Shown here: in pieces, positions 23,400 through 37,399 of the stretch
Position numbering within the stretch: position 1 is the first letter of the stretch
How the letters are laid out: the number at the start of each line of letters is the position of its first letter
Translations under genes and position numbers: made by a program
Source: Raillietiella orientalis
Lineage: Eukaryota
Direction: 5' to 3'
Assembly (NCBI GenBank): GCA_036172245.1
Contig: JAYWIR010000020.1
Span: 2,790,001-2,854,000, forward strand
Length of the DNA: 64,000 nt
Notes under the pieces: model-generated
Database searches by the model: none
Told to the model about the DNA's origin: nothing
The model's input: the letters and a program-made list of their open reading frames with translations, nothing else

Positions 23400-26300
23400 T
23401 GATCGCTTTGCGGAGGAGCTGCTTCGCTGCTGGCTGGGCGCGAAAGTCGCTGCTTCCAAAGTCGGCTCCCATCCCCCCCCCCCCTCCATTTCTTCGCGCG
23501 AGCGGTTGATGTGACCTCCCTCAGATTTCTCCCGAGCAAAACTTTTTTTTTTCAAATCAAAGACAACGATTCGGCGCTCCCGCCGTCTTTGACACGTGAA
23601 GGGGGAACGTCGCGGCGCTGCGCCCCCAAAAGCCAGTTCTTGTACTCACGGGTGCTGGAGACCACCGGGGACGCAAACGCGGCTCGCTTCCCCCGCCAAG
23701 CGCTTCCTCGGAAATAAAAGTCACCCTGAACACGGAGTAGAGCGGCTTCCGACCGCTGAGCCGTTCCTCAAGCAGTCGGAGGGGGTGCAGACAGACGGCC
23801 GGTCGAAAGCGGATGCAAAGTCGAGGTGATGGGGGAAGGCTAGGCCAGCTTCAAGGTCGTGTCCGGCAACTCTTCCTCTAGCGGAAGGAAGGGGGCGAGG
23901 AACCGAAATCTATCGAACCCGTCCGCGCTTCCTCCGCAAAAGACTCAACGATGAAACCCCCCCCTCCCTGGAGGCTGCCTGGGGATACGGGGATGCTCGC
24001 GTGGAATCACTGCCCTCTCTCTTCCCCGCAATGAGGTCTCGTAGAATGCGGTAAGGCGCGCCGCGGTGGGTAGGAGGCATGGAACTCCTGTCTTCCAGGT
24101 GGTCTCCGAGTATTCCGAATTGTGCCCCTGATTCCGAGGTCAACCGCTCCGCTGCCCCCGGCCTGTGACCTTCGCTTTCCGGCCGCCGCCGCTGCCGTCT
24201 GCCCCTTCCGAAGTTGCAGGAAGTCGAGAAAGACACTCCCAGAAGGGGTGATGGGGGCAGAAGGGTGGGGCCTCCTGGAGCGAAGACCAGCAGGGTGGCC
24301 GGCGCTTCTGTCAACCCTGTTCCTGCTGATGACCCTGCTGGCAGATGCACCTTTGGTGTTCCTTCCTCCAGAGGTGATGCTTCCGACGCTGGAGTTGCCC
24401 GCATCGCGAGGTTGCGGGGAAACTTCGAGGCTCTCGTCGCTAGTCCTGCAGATGCTGTTGGTGCTCCTGCCGCCACCGCCTAAAGTCCAGGCTTCCAATC
24501 TGGACTCCCGGCGGCCGCGGGTTCGTCGCTGCGGGTCGAGAGGGCTCCGCGAGCCACGGGTTGCGCGGTTTCCTCCTCAGGGGAGAAAGAGTCACGGAAA
24601 CGGCCTTGAGCATCTTCCGGAAAGGCTGCGGAAGCTGTCTGCAAAATAACCTACATGGCCATCGGTCGAACCGATCCTCCTGGTCGCTCGAGTGGAAACG
24701 AATCAGCACGTCGCGTCCACTACCACGGCCGTTTGCAGGCGTGGACACGAGAAGCAGGAGACAACTCTAATAGAGCTGAAAACAAAAAAATCTAAAAAGG
24801 AAAGGTGAGGAGGAAGAGGTGGAGGAAGAGGGGAGGAGGAGGAAGGGAAAAGTTGCGTGTGCTGCATGCTGCGCACGGGCCACACCGAGCCGGAGTTTCT
24901 AGAACCTCCTGGGGATGCGGCGCCCCTCCGTTTCCTCTTCCCTGCGCGGCTTTTCATTCGAGGCACGGCCATCGCCTGGCTCTGGAATTGAGGGAAAGCA
25001 GCGCCGCTGTGACCGTTATAAAGGAAATCTAAAAAAGCTGTTGCATCTGGAAGTGACATCACATAAATAAATAAATGATCTTGGACTGCACTAAACCGTG
25101 CCACGTCAATGGAGCTGGGAGAGCACCAAGCCTCCTCGGTTCTCAAACTACGCCACAAGAGATCTAAGATCTAAGAGGACGTTGTTTCCTGCTTTTCTGA
25201 AGAGTGGGAGGACGTGAGGCCCGTGGCAGGAGGAGGAAAGAACTCGACGATGTCCAGAGGAGTCCGGTCTGAAGGGGGAGAAGACCCAAGGTCAAGATGG
25301 AACACCTGTGTCGCCCGCGGACAGAGAGAGGTCCCTCCGGCATGAGAGACATTGCCACTGCCGTGAAGCTTCGAGACCTCGGACCTCAGACAAAAAAGGG
25401 GAAGCACCGAGGAGATCCTGCCGTTCATCAGCAGCGTCCCTCTTGGGACGCGGAAGCACCATTCCTTCCTCCTCCCCTCCTCAGAAGCGTTCTCGGAAGA
25501 GAAGCAAGAGGGGGGAGGGAGGAGGAGGAAGGGAGAAGGAAGGGAGGAAGGGGAAAGGCAGGGAGGAGCAGGAGGAGAGAGGAAGGAAGTTTCCGCTGCT
25601 TGCGGACGGAAGGGGCTCTCTGACGACTTCCCTCCGCCTCCACAGTCGACGCGTCCCTGGAAACGGACCGCCGCCGGATGCGCTGGCGTTCCGGAACGCC
25701 GCCGCTTCGGCGGTGGCTGCGGCTGCAGATCCCGGAGTCCGCGGCGCGCTTCCTGCCGTGCTGGCCGTTCCTCCCGTAGCGGTCAGTTTCGCCGCCGGCG
25801 AATCGCCTTCGCCCCCTCCTGGCTCGCGCCGCGGAAGCGACGCGCGGGTCTTGACTGCGGTCTCTCGGTCCTCGGATGCGTTCCGGCTGCGGCTTGGCAG
25901 CTGCCCCGAGGTCTCCTGGAAAAGACAAAAGTGAGGACGGGGGAAAGTCGCTGCGGCCCCGACCGATACGCGGCCCCGCGCCCCACTTGAGGTGCCCCGC
26001 GGACGGGAAAAGTCAGCGCGGCTCAGCTGTCTGCGATTCGTCCCTGCGGGTCCAAGCGGGACAAATCCGCTCTTTGTCGGAGGAGGCGGCGGCTCCATTG
26101 TCCGGGAGCACAAAGCTTTCCCGGGACCTCTGCACTCCTCGGGAACAAAGGGCTTTGCGAATGTCTGCGACTTTTTTTTATTTTTTCAGGATCTGCGGAG
26201 TTCCCGAAGGGCTCGCCAAGCGACAGGTCCCTGGTGCCGCGCGACTTGCCCGTTCGGCTGCGCCCTCGGTGACCTCGAGTTGACGTCGACTCTCTCGGGA

Positions 26301-29300
26301 AGGCGAGCGGATCCCTCCCCTATCTGTGTCTTCCCCTTTCCCGAGCGGCGGCGGGACGGGCCCAGCCTTCGACGGGAGGGACGTGAATGACCTGCACCTG
26401 GGCTCAGCCGTGTGAGGTGGGCGGGAAGAAGGGGCCCGCGAAAAGGCAGCTCTCTGCCGGGAAGTCAGGGTGGGGAGGCAGGCGGGATGGACCACACAAA
26501 GCCGCGAGGAGGGGCGGGAGGCATCGAAGTCCCGCAAGCTCGTGTGCCCCTCCCCTCCGCGGCGGGAGCGGCCAGTCCCGCGCAGCTGGTGGTGGAGGAG
26601 GAGAGGCAGCGCCGCCGCCGCTGTCCGGGGAAAACGGGAAACTGAACCTCCCGGGAGGTGCAGGGACGGACTTCTTCGGCGGCGACCGCTCCCCTTCCCC
26701 CCCGCCGGGGTGCAGAGCCGGGGAGAGACCGGAAAGGAGGCTGTTAGAGGAGCGAAACCGGCAGTTAAAGGGTGGGACGGGCGGGTCCACGGCTCTTCTC
26801 CCCCTCTCCTCCCTTCCCCCTTCACGGCTGACCTCCGGAGATCTCCAGGTAGGCGGGTGTTCCCGGCTCTTCTTCGTCCGCCGCTCTGCCCGAAGGGGCT
26901 CGGTCGCCATCCCGGCTGCTAGCAGACGTTCCGTGACCCCAGTGAGCACTTCCTGGGGGGGGGAGGGGATGTCTGGCGTCGTTCCCCTTCGTCCTCCGGA
27001 GTCTGCCACGCGCGTGCGGCGGCTTCCCGCTCCTCCCCTCCTCACCGCCGGAAGGGCCGGAAAGGTTAGCGTCTCGTGCCTGCGCAGAGGGGAGGAGGAG
27101 CCCCGGCGGTCCGTGACGGCGGCAGCGGGCGGTGGCGCGCGCTTCCTTCTCCTCGCCGCCGCCGTCACCGCTGCGTGACGTGAGGGTGCCGACCGCGGTC
27201 CTCCTCTTCCCATCTGAGGTTCCCCGCAGCCCCTCTGGGGCTAGGGGGAGGCGAACCCCACCCCGTCCGGGGGAGGGGCGCGGTTCCTCTCCCCACTTCC
27301 TGGAGAGGGGGAGGGATCCGCGTCGGCCTCTTCCCCGAGAAAGGGGGGGGGGGATGCCGTCCTCTGCCGCCGCCGCCGCCGCCCCACTCGACGCTTCACG
27401 TGACGCCGGCACGGCGCGTCGGGTCTGACGTTCCCATGGCCACCCGCGGAGAGCAACGACCGTGCCTTGGGTGGCCCTCAGCGTCCCCTCGACTTTCGCG
27501 ACGGAGGCGCCTCTGTCGGTGAGCGGGGCGCCCCGGCGAAAACGCAGCCGCCGCAAGCGGAGCGCGCGCGCGCGCGCGCGCGCGCAGCCGCGCGTAATCC
27601 GATTTGAAAGGACAAAGGGGGGCGGGGGAGGGGGCAGCGCCCCTGCCCTTGTCTAGCCCGCATAACTCCTCCTCCTCCCCACCAGCCCGCTCGTAAATCC
27701 GACCACAGGAGCTCCCGCGAAAAGGCCGAACGCCGCCGCACCCTTCGCTCCCTCCTCCACCAGCGGGAGGCGCTCCTGCGAGGATCCCACAAGTCGCCGC
27801 GGTCTCCACCCCCTGCCGCTTCCGCGCGCCCCACCCAGCGAGCGGCCCGTCACCCCGTTGCCGAGCGACGCGCGCCCACCCGCCGCTCGTCCTGCTGCCG
27901 CCGGCGGAACCGGAGCGGACGGGCGCCCCAGGAGCGTCCCTCTGCGGTCTGGGAGGGCCCTCCGGAGGCTCCCGTCTCCGGGAAGGAGCTTGCGGGGGAT
28001 CTGGGAGGAGGGGGGATCCGCGTCCGTTAGGCGGGGGTGGACCTCGGTAGAGCACCTCCCGTGGTGCGCGGCGAAGCTCCCGCTCGGCCGTAGCGTCCCG
28101 GCGAGGGAAGTCTAGGGAAAACGCGCACGAATCCCGCAGCTCCCTTCCCGCTCTTTTCCCCGCGTGTGCGGCGGCCTCCCTCACCCTCCGGTGGCAGAGG
28201 GAGCATCTGCGATGCCCCAGGAAAACACCCCTCCCGGACTCCGCTTTCCGGCGACCGAGGCGCCCTGGTGAGCTCCCCGCTTGCTCGCCACCGCATCTCG
28301 GGGGTCGCCGCGGACCTAGGATCCTCCTTATCCGTTACCTTATTCCATTACCATGGAGGAGACGGGCAGCCGAACCGCCTCGCTCGCTCGCGTTCCTCGG
28401 GGGAGACCCTCCGTAGCCGCCGTCGCCCTGCCGTTCCTTCCCCCCGCCCTCTTCCGAGGTGACTCGCCCTCTCCCCGCCTTGCCCGGGACTCCTTTATCT
28501 CCTGGTCCAGTGTCTTCCTACCGGGAGGGATCCGGGTCCGCCGCTGCCCCTCGCTCTCCATCCGGAAAGGACGCTCCGCCGCCACCTCGCCACGCGCGTG
28601 CGCCCGCGCGTATCTTCCTCGGCGCGCACCGGCGCTCTTCCAGGGTTGCCGCCGGCTAGAGACAGCAGCAGCCTTATGGGAGGGGGGAGGGGGAGCAGAG
28701 GGCGGCTACCCCGTACGGTCGCCCCAGGCTCCCGTCGCATGACCTCGCGGGAACTCTCCTGGCTGACGTCACGCGGGCGCGCTCGGTGGCTCCGTGAAAC
28801 CCCCTAACCTCCCCCTTCCGGACCCGGCACCCGCGGGCTGGAGTCGAAGAGCGGAGACGACCCCATCCGTGGCGGGAGTCCCATCCGTCCCGTCCTCCCC
28901 GGACCCGCCGAGGACGGACGGCTCCTGCGCGGTTCGCACGCGGTCCGCAGGAGGGCGGCGAGGGAGGAAGGAGGGGGGGGGAGCTGCAGGGGCGGAAGGA
29001 CGATCCGCGCCAGTCCGGCTGCCGCCGCCCAGAGCGTATCCCTGACGACGCGGGTCGTCCCCGCAGGCGCACCCTCGTCCGTCCGCCGGGCAGATGGGGG
29101 AGCCCAGCAGGTGGCCTTCCGCCCCTCTTTCGGGGGAAGGGGCGGCTGCGTCCGCATCCCCAGGGGCTCTCGTCTCTTCCTGGCGGGCGACCCCTGCGTC
29201 TCGGGGACGGCGGCCGAGGGCTCCGCGCAGAGCGCTTTCGCCCGGCCCTTCCGGCGGTGGGAGTCGTCCCCGCCTCCGGGAGGGCCGGCCGATGCGCCTC

Positions 29301-29990
29301 GACTCTTCTCGTCGCTACGGGCAACGGGTGCGCAGGGATCGGGAATTCCCTTCTGTTCGTTCCCCTGCGTCCTGGGATGGGGGGGAGGGGCAGAAACGGA
29401 CCAGGTCGAGGGTAAGCTGCCAAAGTCTTAGCTCCTTGACCTTCACGTAAAGGTCAAGGAGATGCGACGCGGAGAAGAAGCCCCCTCTCCTCCCCCTGGC
29501 GTCGCCACTTCCGTCCTGCGGCGTTGCCGCTGCCAGCACCAGGGTGACGTCACACGGAAGTCCCGACGACGATGTCCTTCGCGCGCGTTCCCTCCGGGCT
29601 TCTCGCGGCGATGTCTTCCCCGAGGAGCCTTCCCTCCCTCCCGTTGGTTGCCGCGGAACGTCCGCTCCTCGCAGGGAGGATTCGCGCGACCCGCGCGGAC
29701 CATGTGACTTCGACCGCTCCGAAGGCGCGCGCTCACCTCCCCGCGGAGCTCTTCCACTCAAACCGGGAGCGGGAAAGTGGCCCAAGCTCGGACGAGAAGG
29801 GCAGACCTTCTCCTTCCGCCCTTCCCGTAAACTGTCGAGAATTCGTTTCCCCGAGTCGACGCGCCGCCCTGCCCCCCGGCAGTTCGTGCGGCATCACCTA
29901 CGACGCGCTGCCTTTTTTTTGCGTGCGGTCACGTGATCGTCGGCAGTGCTCCCACTGCTCGCCACTGACGAGTTTCGCACTCAGAAAACG
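23400..29990. other. Multi-kb GC/CpG-rich domain (CpG-island-like, probably regulatory); boundaries approximate
   Basis: Visibly high GC with abundant CpG, G/C runs and a (GC)12 tract; overlapping low-complexity ORFs in all six frames; abrupt switch to very AT-rich DNA near 30040. Confidence 0.6.
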
Positions 29991-32900
29991 AATTGTTTTT
30001 GTTATTCAAAGCTTGCTGCACTGAAACTTTCCATTCAATATTTCTAATGATAATTATAATATTAATATGATATAATAATCATATAATATTTATAACAATG
30101 ATTATAATGTTTATATAATACAGCAATTATATAATAATTATACTGTTTATAATGATGCAAATTATATTATAATATTTATAATGATAAACATTATACTAAA
30201 TAGCGGGTGTCGAATCAAGTGTTCCGTTGATTGATAATTATTTAATAAAAATCTACATTGAGAAATAAATGTCGATAATCATTTTAAACGAAATAGAAAA
30301 AAATACAAAATGGAAAAAATATATATATTTTTTATGAATGAAAATATAAAATTCGAGCACTGTGAAGCTTTTTAAAAGGGACATGCTGTCCATGCGGTGG
30401 TCCTGTGAACCCCGGCGAGGACGTCCAAGGCTCCTGAGCGATCTTCCATGGCAAGAAGTTCCCGAAACGACGAAGCTTCTCGAGTAGCCTCTCTTGAAGA
30501 TGCCAATTCTTTGGACCCGGGGGTAAAGCAGTGCGTCCCATTTCTTTCAGTTCAACCGCGCCATTCGACGGAAAGTTCAGATGTGTGAGCGATCCTCCGG
30601 GAGCACTAAACCGGCCATTTCACAAAGAATCTTCACCTTGAAAGTTGGGTGAGTAGCGTTCTTCGTGATGCTTCTTGGCTGTGCTGCCCTTCGACTCCTT
30701 TGGGATCGTTTGCCGACGACCCACAGACAAAATCCCTATTGGCAGCCCAAGGGACATCTTTAAACGTCTCTTCGTATGTTCCGGACTGCTGCCAACCGCG
30801 TCCTTTGCAGTTCTCTGCTGCCTTCGCGGGGCAGTGGCGGTCTGAAGCACTAAAAAAGGAACCAGAATTGTAGGAATATCATCCGCTGGTGGAGAATCTT
30901 TTTGAGGATGCTTTTTGGAAGGAGCCACTTTTTGAGTGGCTCCTTCTAAGCAAACTTCAAGGACTTCAAGCAGACCTCAAGAAGGAAACCCATTTGCCAT
31001 TTCGGGATGCTTCTCGTTTAAGAACAGGTACCATGGCATGCCATGGGTTGACGCCACCGGTTGTCGCAAGCAGCTGTCCAGCCAGAGGTGCACGTACGTT
31101 TCTTTTCACTCCTTCAACTCTTGAAAAAAAAAAAAAAAATCCAGGATGCAACGTCTCATCAGGCCGGGAAGAATTCAATTTGAATCCGTTTGTTGGTATT
31201 TACTTTAACGTTCCTCAAGCATGTGCTGTTGTCGCCAAGCTGCAGTGATCTGGAAAAATTGGAAAAAAACGCTTGTGAGATGGTGATGTCATTCTTGGCA
31301 GAGAATGTGCCACTCAAAGGACTTTGTGAATCTATGCCGAGAGGCCGGAAGACGAAGCGGTGACGTCTCCGACCAGCAAGGCAGCAGCAGCACTCCTTTC
31401 GAATGAGTCGCGCTTGCCTAGCTGCAGTTTTTTCCAGCAAGAGCGAAAGCCAAACTTAAGATTTGCGGGCCGCTGTTAGCGGAACGCGTGACGTCCGCGT
31501 TTCAAGCCCGGTTTTAGAAGGGATGGGCACGGAAATCCGAAAAGGCACAGCTGTTGCCTTTTGTCAGCTTCTGTGAGGGCAAGTGTTTGCTCACGGAACA
31601 CTCGAGAGTTCTGAAAAGAACCCCGAAGACACCCATTAGCCAACAAGAAGTTGCGAAAAAAGCGGCTACCTCATTCCGAGCCGCAGCCGAGACTTTCGAT
31701 CTGTTTCACTTTAAGTGCACACAGAACTCGATCCCGCAGCCATGGCAACCAGCCGTACTCGGCAATTTCCTCCGAGTGCCCCCGTGTACCGACGTGCAAA
31801 TTGCAGGAGTACGGAACACGCCGTGCAGCACACGACGTTGTCGTGGGATGTTGTGCTGCTGCCTGGAGAGTTCGTTCCAGACCGAATTAAAAAAAATTGC
31901 CTCTGCAGATCTTCGGGCTCGCTCCCGTTCAGCGAACTGTGGCATCTCATTCTGATGATTGTCTGGCGCTGCTGGAAAGGGAAGCGCCAGAGCGGCTTCG
32001 ACGACAACAAAAAAAAAAACAGAATTCGAGAAAATTTCCGTGAATCATTCGGCGGATGCTGAATTTCGTTCGCGGATGCATTTCACGATGTTCACCGTAT
32101 CCGCCAAGGCCGGATTCACTGATTCAGAGGGAACCACCTAGTTCTTCAACTTGCTGCCACGCAAGTCTACCACGCTTTCGCACTCTTGTTCCCTCCCCCC
32201 CTTTAATGACAGAAACCCGGACATGAAGACGTCCGTTCCCGCTCAACTTCCGGTTTTCGAATCCGCTGTCCCCGTTATGAGGGACAGCCCTCGGCTTGAA
32301 TTCCCGCGCCAAACTTCCGAGAATGTGGCAGTTGCCGTCATGCGCTCCTCTCCCTCCTTCGTTGCGTCCTCCAGAAAATGGAAATGAGAGAGCCTCACCT
32401 CCTTCGGGCTCTCCTGCTGCAGATGCATCGTCCTAATTTTCGCAAGAAATCATAACCGACAAATCGACCAGCAAACTGACTTCTTGATTGCTTTGGAATA
32501 CTAAGCTGGCCGACCCGTTTCTTCGATCCTTTGGGAAAGCTTCCTTCCTTCTTTTCCTTTTTTGCAGGAAAAAGGAAAATGGACTGAATCTGTTAAAATG
32601 CCCTTGAGTAGGTGTTAGGCAGCTAGGCACCAGAAGAACACGGTCTCCTGTTCGAAGAGCGCCTGCTGCTTTCTTATTTTGATGCGAATTTCGTGTGCGG
32701 ATTTTTCCTTGGGGACAGCACATGGACGGCAGCCCTTTCGTCCGTTCCATTCGTCCCGCAGATGCCGAGACATCTTCGGAAGCCCGGACGTCGAGGTGGA
32801 AGGTCGCGTCTCCTGAATTCCACTGCAGTCCCCAAGCGGTGCTGGGAGACTCCTCGCTCTGTGCCCGAACGCGAGGCGGAGACCTTCTTCCGCGTCGTCC

Positions 32901-35900
32901 GTCACTGTCAAATTGGCCACATTCTTTCTCGGATCTGTTCCCAGCTCGGAACATGTTGCTTGGTTTCCAAATGTTTTGGCTCGCGTGGAAACATCGCTCT
33001 ACGGTAACAATGGCGACGCTCACACGGTGTTTTTCAAACGGCACACGTGGAAGGCGAGCCTGGCTGGTGCAGCGCGTTCCTCTCGGGCGCGTGAGAGGAG
33101 GAAAAAATAAATAAAAATAAAAAGGGAGTAAATGAGACAGCGATTCTCCACAGACCGAGGGAGGAAGTTCAGGCACGCGGGAGCTTCCAGGAGGTCTATG
33201 GAATCACTCTTGCTGGCGTATGAAAATCCCGAGGATTAGTCACCGAGGAAGTGCGTGGTCGTTGAAAGCTCCCAGAAGCCTGCATGCTAACTTTCTCTGA
33301 AAGAGGCTGCCAAAGCTTGCAAATCTGCTGAGAATGTATACATACATATATGTATGCATGAATGATGTGTTTTGTGGAACTGTCTCTCAACCTCATCAAA
33401 ATGTCTGTGTTTTAGACACCCGTGCCTCCAAGTACCTCTGAGCAGATGTCCTCAGCCACGCCCAGCAACCAAACTGGAGAAACTTCGATTAAGAAATAGA
33501 TCGTTGAAAACACAATGATGATGTTCAGCATCCTTCTCACTATCCCAATTAGGAGTATCTTGCTGGGCACTTTCTACTTCACGAAGACACAAGGATCGGC
33601 TCGAGTTCAGACTCTCGGATGTCGGGGCAGTTTCTCGGGATCAGTCGAGTCAGATGATTGAAAGCGTTTTTCTGCTCGTGATCCACTTACATCCGAACAG
33701 CCCTCGCAAAGATAAGTCACTACTTTACTCTTGCAAGCCGCTCTCCCTTTTTCTTTTCCCTTCACTCTTTCTTTTGTACCTACGCTGCTGCTGAGGAGTG
33801 CGTGATTCTTCATTGCAAGTCCACCGTCTCGAATCCTTCTCGAAGAGGCGATCCAAGTTCTGTTTTCGTTTGCCAGCATCAGTTTGCTGATTCTTCCTGC
33901 AGGAACGAGGTCGCAAAATCCCTGTATCTATGCAAGGAAGCTGGAGCTCGGCAACATATCCCTTGTGTACACGTCGGCAAACGTACGTATCGAGGAGATG
34001 CTAATTTTCAATGCGTCTGATTGGATTCAGTGTTCCTGCTGTCCGAGAACGGATGTTGAGCTGGGAATCTTGATCTTTAGGAATCAGCATCGACAAACCG
34101 ATTGTCGATCTGATCATTAGTGGATCGATTTCCGCTCGCGTTTTCCTTCTAAATCTCAAGATAGATTGCTGTTCCGTCTATAGAGCTCCCTTTTGTTCGG
34201 CATGCGTTTAGAGATATTTCTTCCGCAACAGTGAGGGAAAGAATAGCGAAGAACGGTAGAAGAGAAACAAATTTTGCGTTCTTTCCGACCTCAAATTAAT
34301 TAAAGTTGCTCTTTGTCCTCTGAAGATTGGATTTCCACAATTGCAAACTAGGAAATACAGTCCTTTCGTTTTTCAAGTTCCAAGCTCTTGCTACTCTGGT
34401 ATCTGAATGAATAAATAAATATGTACTCACCGATCTTGTGGTGCATATCGATTCGCTCTTCGCACGAGAACTGATAATGGAAAAATAAATGAACACACTG
34501 AACCCAGTTTTAGAGTTACCCTGGCTCGTGATTCGTTTATAAACCGGTCCATTTGTGTTAACGGCTATCATGCCCCGTGGGACCAAGGAAGAGCACAAGA
34601 CTGTACAAGTCTTGTGCTTTTCCTTAGCACTGGAACCAAGTGCGCCTATGGCGTCCCTCATTTGTTCTACGCTGTTCTGTGTAAAGTCCAGAGAATCTCT
34701 CCTGAAGTCGATCCCGTTTTCAAGCTTTAGAGAAAATGGAAAAAAAGATGGACTGATGCAGCCATTCTCGAGTTCCTTTCAGATTCACTTTTCTGCCGTT
34801 TATTAGCATTCTTCATATTTTGTTCTTTCTTTCTTTCTTTCTTTCTTTTCTTTTCTTTTCTTTTTGTCGAGATTTCAGGTTCTGTAGGACTGTAGCTGAA
34901 GTAGAGATTTCGTTTCGTGAGTCCGGTGATGCAACAAAAGACAAAAATCATCTCTGTGTTCTCCAAGTAGTGGTTCTGATGTACTTAGCATTTGGAAGCC
35001 ATCTCCCGTCTCACAGTGACCTCTTTCAGAAGTTCTAAGATTCAAGAATTTTCTTTTCACCTAGATTTCGAAATGCGGTTGCTGTAGATCTGCATCTTTC
35101 GATGAATTACCTCCGTTCGTGGAACATGCAAGCACAAAGGGTGTGGAAATTTGCAATTCAGGGAAGGGACTTCAGAGTCGCCCTATTGCTGCGTGGAACT
35201 TTTGAGGAAGAACTGTGAGGATTTGTGGCCGACTTAACTGAGGACGCCTTGTAGCTTACTGCAGTGACGCCAGCTTCATGATGACAAAACTTTCATCAGA
35301 AAATGATATTCTACCAGGTCTGTTATCTATTCGAGTCTTTACAAGCTAGAAACTCAAGACTATGGTATCCCTTGAAATGGACAGGATGACACTGCATTCG
35401 CCATTTCTTCTCATCTCATCGACTGAGGATGACTCCAAGACCATTCAAACAGAACTCAACCAGATATCGTCATGGAACTTCCCGGGACTTTTCCGTTGTG
35501 TACTAGGAGCCAAGAACTGTTCTTTCAACTCATTCATCATTGTACATAGGGAATGGACCTTGCCTCTTCAAACGATGGGCGGAGAGAGGCGAGACCATGG
35601 AAAAGGAGAAATCAAAGCTCGTCAGTCAGGGCTAGTTGCGAAATGCATCCTTCGTCACGAGGGAGAATGCATTTTAGAGGAGAACATGCCTCTGTAAGTA
35701 CGCTGCCCGGGAAGTTCCTGAGCTTATTTAAGATCGGGACTCGCAGCCAACGGAGCCACTGCGACATATCCTGCGAAGAGTCCCTCGGTCCTCCTGTTGT
35801 TTCTTCCCCGGAAACCACCATCGCCGTCCGAATGAAGGATCTTGCGGAGGGTGCAGAAGACAAGGAGCAAAGAGGGACGGAGCTACAGAGGAGGGGGAAA

Positions 35901-37399
35901 CAGGTGAGAAGGCTTTCTGCGGAGCGCTCGGAAAATCCTCATTTCCGGAGGAAGAGCCAAGCATTGTTGCGGGTCTTGGTCAGTGCTGCCAGCTGCATCC
36001 GGGGAAGCTACTCGATCGCCGCTGAAAAGTGGAGACGACGCTGGGTTTTCCGTCGCTCCTCCGTCGTCGTCTTCATTTCATCTGTTGCAAAAAAGAGCGT
36101 GAGGGGCTTGCGCAGCCTCCTTATGCTTTCGTTGGGTACTGGAGAACTGATCGCATCGCCCCAAAGGCACTACTCGTGAAATGATGTTTCACGAGGGGGA
36201 ATGTGATAAAAGCAGGCGTGACTTGTCGAGTGGAAACTAGATTTATTATCAAGTCATAACACTCCTATAAATACCAACTATAATCAAACCGTTTCGGAAT
36301 TTCATTTTCGCCTGTTTCTTCACAATCATTCGGGAGGAATATTCCTTTCGAGCGCAAACTCGCAGTTTATATTCTTTTCTTTCCGTAGAAGCTGCTTGTC
36401 CAGGCTCAGCTTATGAGCAATAACTTCCTCGTGAGTAATTACTCTAAGCAACTTCTATCATAACATCCAGGATATGAAACCCTTGGCTCAAAAGGCGTTC
36501 CTCCTAGGACTTTGCTGTTATAAACTGCTGATTGAAATTACGAAAAGAAATCAGAAAAGGGAATCTTCTTTCTTGAAAAATGCCCTCTTACCACACCTCG
36601 TCCTAACGAGAGGCTGTTTTTAACTGCAATCATTAGTAAATGAAATGGCGAGTGGTTTCTCTGAGGGAAACCACCAGCACCTGGTGGTGCGCTTGATGTA
36701 TGGATTCAATTACGCTCCTTTCTTTTTAATTTCCAATGCGCCCCGGTTCGAAATTCGGCCTTCGCAATTCTTCGAAGGATGCCATGAGGCCAGATGAGAG
36801 CACGACATGAACTCTTGGACCGAGAAGACTTCCAGGGATGCATCGCGACGAATTAGCGATCGCATGTGATCGTGAAATCCATCACATCGGTGGAGCCCTG
36901 CGTGCCCCCTCTCCACAGTGGATCACTCTGAGAGGAAGGAGAAATATACGCTGACTTTCCGACGGGAGCAGCCTCCGAAAAAACGTCCGTTCCGGGGTCA
37001 CTCTTCGATTACCGAAGGCTGACTTGGCAAGTTTCTTGCAGTTCTCTGGCGTACCGCGAAACGCACTGAACTGGAATTCGGTGGATGGGGGTGAAAGATA
37101 GAGGGGGAAGCGGTTCCATGTTCCCACGGAGCTTCTTTATATTCCACTCTCGTTTGCTAAACTTGAAGAATCCAGCGAATTGTGTCTTACGCGAATTTCG
37201 ATCCGAGAGTTTGACCTGCTCGTCCGTTTGGTCGTTTTTTTCGTTGGATTTTCAAGATTTCATGTAGTCCGTGGGGCGAAACAGCCTGTGGCCATTTGCC
37301 ATTTGCACATGCGAGTGGCCGCCATTTCCAGAAAAGTGGAAATTCGCGCCGTGGCCGTACGAACTGACCGATGTGAGATCGGGAAGGTCTGGTAACACT

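Noticed and set aside
23900..30024. Many 150-270 aa ORFs on both strands
   Set aside because: They overlap in all frames, are Arg/Gly/Pro/Ala-rich and show no domain; this is expected from stop-codon scarcity in high-GC DNA.
30040..30335. Extremely AT-rich block considered as an organellar insertion or replication origin
   Set aside because: Low-complexity TAT/AAT sequence with no gene remnant or terminal repeats that I could identify.
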